38,035 nucleotides of DNA, taken from the NCBI GenBank assembly GCA_041736305.1, contig JBGSTX010000096.1, forward strand, positions 1-38,035. The letters run 5' to 3'. Shown here piece after piece: positions 36,332-38,035 of the stretch (position 1 is its first letter; each line of letters opens with the position of its first letter). The DNA comes from Oligoflexus sp. (lineage in GTDB: Bacteria > Bdellovibrionota_B > Oligoflexia > Oligoflexales > Oligoflexaceae). The translations under genes were made by a program, and so were the position numbers. Below the pieces are notes generated by a model. The model ran no database searches and was not told where the DNA came from. It saw only the letters and a program-made list of their open reading frames with translations.

Positions 36332-37717
36332 ATGAAATCTCTATGGGGCGGACGCTTTAACGAAAAACAGGATAGTTTTTTCTTCGCGTTCAACGAATCT
36401 TTTAGCTTCGATCGCCGCCTTGCAGCTGCCGACATCATCGGCAGCATAGCTTATGCGCGAGGATTGGAAAAAGCCGAGATATTCAGCGGCGAAGAACTGC
36501 AGACCGTCGTCACCGGTCTCGAAGAGCTGCTCGAAAGAGTACAGGGCGATGAGAGCTATATTCAACAGGCTCTACAAAGCTACGAAGATGTGCACGCCTT
36601 CGTCGAGTTCGAGCTGACTAAAAAAGTTGGTGCCCTGGGCAAGAAACTCCATACCGGCCGGAGTCGCAACGATCAGGTCGCCACCGATCTACGGCTCTAT
36701 CTGCGAGGTGAAATCGATAGCACTATCCTCCTGCTGCGCGAGCTCCAGAAGGCGCTGGTGCGAAAGGCCAGCCAACATCCTGGAACGGTGATGCCGGGCT
36801 ACACGCATATGCAGAAGGCTCAGCCCATCCTCTTCGCCCACTATCTGCTCTCCTACTACGAGATGCTGAAGAGAGATGTTGCTCGCCTCCTTGATGTGCG
36901 CAAGCGGGTCAATGTTCTACCGCTTGGTTCGGGTGCTTTAGCCGGTAACAGCGTGTCGATCGATCGCAAGTATCTTGCGGATCTTCTACAATTCGAAGGG
37001 GTATCAGCCAACAGTCTCGATGCCACTTCGGATAGAGATTTTGCCGTAGAATTTGTGGGAGCGGCTAGCCTCTGCATGGTGCACCTTAGCCGCCTTTCGG
37101 AAGATTTAATTCTTTACTGTACCGATGAGTTTCAGCTCGTCCGCATGGGGGATCAGGTGTCTACTGGTTCTTCTCTGATGCCTCAGAAGAAGAATCCCGA
37201 TGCTCTCGAACTCATCCGCGGCAAGACCGGACGCGTCATCGGTCATCAGGTGGCCCTGCTGACCACCTTGAAAGGCCTGCCGTCTTGCTACAACAAGGAT
37301 TTGCAGGAAGATAAAGAAGCTCTCTTCGACAGTCTCGATACACTCAAAGCCTGCGTTCAAGTAATGAGCACAGTGATCGAAACGATGACGGTCAACGAAG
37401 AGCGCATGCAGCAAGAAGCCTTGAAGGGCTACATGAACGCAACCGACCTCGCCGATTACTTCGTGCTCAAGGGCATGCCTTTTCGCGAAGCGCATCATCT
37501 GGTCGGTGAGATCGTGGTCTATGCCCTAAAACGGGGAATTGGTTTGAACGAACTCAGTCTCCGGGATTTTTTGAGCTTCAGTCCGCTCGTCGAAACCGAT
37601 ATCTTCACAGCTCTCGATGTGAAGTATGGTCTAGGCAAGAAGGCCAGCTTCGGTGGAACAGCCCCTATCAGAGTCCACGCGGCGCTCGAGCAGGCTAGAG
37701 CCGAACTCGACCTTTGA
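36332..37717 (+). CDS. argH: Argininosuccinate lyase
   Basis: LWGGRF, LHTGRSRNDQVATD, PGYTH.Q.AQP, GSSLMPQKKNPD, YNKDLQEDKE. Confidence 0.98.
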   Translation: MKSLWGGRFNEKQDSFFFAFNESFSFDRRLAAADIIGSIAYARGLEKAEIFSGEELQTVVTGLEELLERVQGDESYIQQALQSYEDVHAFVEFELTKKVGALGKKLHTGRSRNDQVATDLRLYLRGEIDSTILLLRELQKALVRKASQHPGTVMPGYTHMQKAQPILFAHYLLSYYEMLKRDVARLLDVRKRVNVLPLGSGALAGNSVSIDRKYLADLLQFEGVSANSLDATSDRDFAVEFVGAASLCMVHLSRLSEDLILYCTDEFQLVRMGDQVSTGSSLMPQKKNPDALELIRGKTGRVIGHQVALLTTLKGLPSCYNKDLQEDKEALFDSLDTLKACVQVMSTVIETMTVNEERMQQEALKGYMNATDLADYFVLKGMPFREAHHLVGEIVVYALKRGIGLNELSLRDFLSFSPLVETDIFTALDVKYGLGKKASFGGTAPIRVHAALEQARAELDL

Positions 37718-37721
37718 GTTT

Positions 37722-38035
37722 TTAAGGAGAAACGGTCGTCCGCCTCAGCTGGACGACCGTTTCTACGTGATAGCTGTTCGGGAAGAAATCCAGGCCTTGA
37801 ATCGACTCTATTCGGTAGCTCTCTAGCAGCTGTCTGAGGTCGCGAGCCAAGGTATTCGGATCGCAGCTGATGTAAAGAATGTGTTCAGGGCCCAGCTGTT
37901 TGAGAAAAGGCAGGGCCTCGGCCATTCCATTACGAGGTGGATCCGCAATCAGTAGATCGACAGCGCCCGGCTTGAGCGCCGGAAATTGTACCTCTATTTT
38001 TTCGGCTTCAACCGCAGATTCAGCATAAGCGCCAC
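37722..38035 (-). CDS. 3' part of a TrmA/RlmD-family RNA (uracil-5)-methyltransferase (partial)
   Basis: Frame is open to the window end and contains IADPPRNG, YISCDPNTLARDL, DFFPNSYHVETV. Confidence 0.88.
   Translation of the reverse strand, partial: GAYAESAVEAEKIEVQFPALKPGAVDLLIADPPRNGMAEALPFLKQLGPEHILYISCDPNTLARDLRQLLESYRIESIQGLDFFPNSYHVETVVQLRRTTVSP
37728..37764. repeat. Perfect 14-bp inverted repeat at the argH / methyltransferase convergent junction
   Basis: AGAAACGGTCGTCC-gcctcagct-GGACGACCGTTTCT. Confidence 0.75.

Noticed and set aside
198..37498. Many antisense and alternate-frame ORFs of 60-190 aa in the track
   Set aside because: They shadow well-supported genes, lack RBSs and motifs, and are expected by chance at this GC content.

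Overview
A 38 kb stretch of gene-dense bacterial chromosome. Gene content suggests Bdellovibrionota/Oligoflexia-like origin; this is an inference from a TIGR02147-like fragment, a CheX-like gene and sigma28-type promoters. Positions 1-10557 hold an anaerobic (cobalt-early) corrin operon: a partial FNR-like oxidoreductase, cbiD, cbiC, cbiET, cbiL, cbiG, cbiH, an unknown gene, cbiF, a cobA-hemD fusion, cobO and cbiA. It is followed by a scar region (DUF4423-like fragment and IS200/IS605 tnpA remnant), a GH6 lipoprotein lacking its catalytic residues, and a cobU lacking the guanylylated His. Next come tyrS and an envelope cluster: SH3 protein, ~1660-aa modular repeat/Kelch lipoprotein, M48 peptidase lipoprotein and FadL/OmpP1-like barrel. 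The rest is greA, hutI, cysS, two unknown genes, an HTH plus inactive IrrE/ImmA-like regulator, a CheX-like gene, TolC-MacA-MacB, a DUF445 protein, argR-argG-argH and the 3' end of an RNA m5U methyltransferase. No rRNA, tRNA, CRISPR array or intact mobile element was seen. The best leads are the giant lipoprotein inside the SH3/M48/FadL cluster, the non-canonical genes of the B12 cluster, and three apparent pseudoenzymes. All family calls come from reading motifs by eye, not from database searches.
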